DNA of 64,000 nt. It comes from Cetorhinus maximus. Its lineage: Eukaryota. Shown in pieces: positions 60,834 to 64,000 of this stretch; the first letter of the stretch is position 1, and each line of letters opens with the position of its first letter. The DNA lies in contig NC_135887.1 in assembly GCF_964194155.1 (NCBI RefSeq), positions 24,056,001 to 24,120,000 of the forward strand, in the 5' to 3' direction. The position numbers and the translations under genes were made by a program. Under the pieces are notes generated by a model. That model saw only the letters and a list, made by a program, of their open reading frames with translations, was not told the origin of the DNA and did no database searches.

Positions 60834-63800
60834 TGTATTACAGCAACTACTACAGAGTACATGTCCTATCTGGCTTGCTGTAGTCATGTGACCTCTGCCA
60901 TCAAGGAAATTCTCTGTAAACTGCCATTTTAGATCAGTTCAGTAAAGACGTACAATGAGAAAGCACCGCTGTCCCTGAACTCGAAATATGGTGTCAGAAG
61001 TGGTTTTAAAATACAATTTTGAAACCCTGAAAATGATGCCACAGAAAAAGAAGCCGCGGCTCAGATCTCAAATCTGCGAAAAAATGACAAGGAAAAGCAA
61101 ACACAAACTAAACACTGCAATAAAATACTGGGTGAGTGAACATGGCTGTAAACCTTCCCCTCCTTTCTCTGGTAGAAGTCAAAGGCGATATGTGGCAGAA
61201 CTGGCAGTTTTTCCACTTTCGTTGGCAAGACTATAAGCTGGCAACAGAGTTAATTAACAAGCCGGAGCTGATAAGAGTAGCCACACTTCTAACACTGCTC
61301 AGGTGGGACTGCTATAAGTTGTATTTTACCCTAAATCTAACTGACTAATAAAGGAAACAGACAACAAAGATTTTTAAATCCTTGAATGCACATTTTGAAG
61401 CCCGAGTGCACGTTACATATGAACACTGTGTATTCCACACTAGGGCTCAAGGTGAAAAGAAAAGCATAGGTCAGTATGTGACTGCAGTAACACAGATTGC
61501 CGAAACATGTGAATTCAGACAGCTAAAAGATGATCTGATTAAAGATCAAATAGTCTTAGGCCTGTGAGACCCCTCAGTGAGAGCAAGTCAACTGAAAGAG
61601 GGGAAACTTATGCTCAGGAAAGTGATAGACAAGTAGAAATGCAGAGGTTGTGAAACATCACCTCCAACACATGTATGGCAGAGCAGAGCAGGAGATATAT
61701 CATGCTGAGATACATTCCAGGCCGAAAGAGCAGAACAGTCGCAGACACAGGGTAAGATGGAAATACTGTGGAGGACATCACACAAAGGAAAAGGATTGTC
61801 CAGCATGGGGAAAACAGTGCTTTAACTGCAAAAAGCTGAGTCATTTTGCACACAAGTGTCTGGCTAGAAAGAAGCAAAACAAGCCAATGCTGATGACCAC
61901 TGGAGAGATGTCAGCCGAAGAGTCTGACGAAGCATAGACACCATTTAACAGGTTGGTTCCGTCAAGTCTATATGTGATAAATAGCTTGTGACTGTTACAA
62001 TGACTGCAAAGGGGGATGATAAAGTGAATACGAAGTGTCAGATAGACACTGGTGCCTCATGCATCATAATGGCCTTCACAGACCTGTATAAAGTGGCTCA
62101 ACATGGCAATCTGAAAATGAAGCTCTCGAAAGTAAGGTTGAGGCTTTTTGATGGCACGATACTCATACCAAGAGGACAAAGTAACCTGAGAGCCCAATGC
62201 AGTGGCAAGAAGGAAGATCTGCAGTTCCAGCTCGTAGACGGCACATAACAGCTACACATTCCAGCTGAAGCAAGTCTAGAGCTTGGACTGGTAACCCTGA
62301 GCGTGCACCCAGAGATCCACAACGGGTCACAGCACACTAAACCAGGAGCTGCTGAACAGATCCTAGAGGAGTACAAAGACGTGTTTACAGGGTTGGAATG
62401 TCTACCTGGCGAATATCATCTCAAAGTAGATGAGAGTGCAAAACCAATTCAGCATCAGCCAAGAAGAATTCCAGCTACTCTCAAGTCCAGTCTAAAAAAC
62501 AAGATAGAAGGGCTGGAAAACAAGGGAGGAATCAAGAGATTGACAACTCCTACAGACTGGATTAGCAGCCTGGTAGCAGTGAAACAACCTGGGAAGCTGT
62601 GAGTGTGCTTAGACCCAGAGGATCTAAATAAAGAGCTGAAGAGATCTCACTGCCCCATGCCAACCATCAAAGGAATTTTACCACAACTTGCCAAGGCAAA
62701 GATCTTTACTACCCTGGATAGGAAGGATGGTTATTGGTAAGTGAAGCTGGATGAAAGCAGCAGCTTTCTAACGACATTCTGGATACCGTTCGGGAGATAC
62801 TGATTCTATTTGACATTTCCACAGCTCCAAAAGAGCATCAACGCAGACAGCACGAGATAGTCTGCGATCTTCCCAAAGTGGAAGCCATAGTGGATGATCT
62901 GTGAGTCTATGGGTGTGGAGACACAATGGAAGAAGCTATAATTGATCGTGACCATAATTTAATACGACTGCTGGAGAGAGCTCACCAGGTGAACCTGAAG
63001 CTGAACAAGAAAAAGTTGCAACTGAAGATGCCTGAGGTTAAGTACATAGGTCACGTACTGACAGCAAAAGGTCTTCACCCAGAACCTGACAAGGTGAGAG
63101 CTGTAGCAGCGATGGAGCTACCAGCAGGTGTGAAAGCAGTGCAACTATTTGTTGGATTTGTGAACTATTTAGCAAATATTGTGCCTAATTTATTATTGGA
63201 ATGTGAACCATTATGCAAGCTCACTGCCAAGGGGGTGCGGTGGTATTGGGGAACAGAACAAGAAGCAACGTTCACTAAAATCAAACAACTCATGATGACA
63301 ATGCCAGTGCTGAAGTATTATGAAGTCAATGATGAAGTCACCTTGCAGTGTGACATCAGTGAGACAGGTTGTAGAGCAACCCTAATGCAGCATGGACAAC
63401 CAGTCGCATTTGCATCCAGGGCGCAAATGCAAATTTAGTGACGTTACTCTCTGAGCGAGAAAGAGTGCCTGACATTGTTTTTCCTTGTGAGCATTTTCAT
63501 CAATACCTGCTTGGGGGAGACAGACTAACAGTGGGGTCCGACCACAAACAACATCAAAGCATTTTTCTCAAACCGCTACTATCTGCTCCAAAACGTCTGC
63601 AAAGAATGTTACTTTGTTTACAGAGATAGCATCTGGATGTGACAAAGAAGCAAGGAAAACAGATGAACATCACTGACATGCTGTCAAGAGCAGCACTCCC
63701 CATGAAGAAAGTTGAGAGGCTGCAACAGAGTGTGAAATCTTCCAGGTTCAATATGCAGCAGCAGCTCGACATGTTCTTGAAGTCATAAATGCAGCAGAGA

Positions 63801-64000
63801 CATTGAATCTGACTACAAACACCTTGCTCAAATCAAGCAAACTATATAACAAGATGCAGCTGTCCAAGCGCTGCAGGAAGTGACGATTAAAGGATGGCTT
63901 GAGAGCATCAAAGACACACTTGTGGTCACAAGAGCACATTGGGCACGCCGAGATGAGTTGACAGCCCAAGATGGCATCTTGTACAAAGGAAATAAAGTCA
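60834..64000 (+). mobile_element. Decayed Ty3/Gypsy LTR retrotransposon (5' LTR remnant, PBS, gag-pol pseudogene), runs past the window end
   Basis: PBS TGGTGTCAGAAGTGG at 60989 (tRNA-Leu type); gag NWQFF...RVATLL; CCHC CFNCKKLSHFAHKC; protease IDTGAS; RT AIVDDL; RNase H LQCDIS...PVAFASR; many stops and frameshifts. Confidence 0.92.

Noticed and set aside
60989-64000. Domesticated or active Gypsy gag-pol gene
   Set aside because: Numerous stops and frameshifts throughout gag and pol.

Overview
Vertebrate genomic DNA, very likely a shark or other elasmobranch (inferred from its SINE/LINE/Penelope repertoire). It is intron-rich and dominated by repeats. Two complete spliced genes were reconstructed by hand from GT-AG boundaries: MED31 (+, 4 coding exons, 2423-6951, 131 aa) and, convergent with it, a 12-exon SLC13 Na+/carboxylate cotransporter most like SLC13A5 (-, 41311-13383, 596 aa). 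The first coding exon of a probable rhodanese-family gene lies at 59304-59414 (+). The rest is mobile DNA: Penelope-like elements (PLEs) with hammerhead-ribozyme motifs in their pseudo-LTRs; CR1, L2, RTE and Vingi LINE fragments; Deu-type and LF-like SINEs; Harbinger-type MITEs; several LTR elements including a decayed Gypsy; and multi-level nested insertions. Most notable observations: (1) two minisatellite families (69 bp and 33 bp) appear to have expanded from inside SINEs, and one 69-bp unit supplies the phase-compatible splice donor of SLC13A5 exon 8, followed by 10 decoy copies; (2) two families of minimal type-I hammerhead ribozymes, including one intact-core copy in a MED31 intron; (3) a disrupted repeat-protein reading frame head-to-head with MED31; (4) an array of 13 CACGTG E-boxes in the rhodanese gene's first intron. 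Most ORFs in the supplied track are artefacts of repeats. Comparisons with human proteins and repeat consensuses are from memory and need database confirmation.
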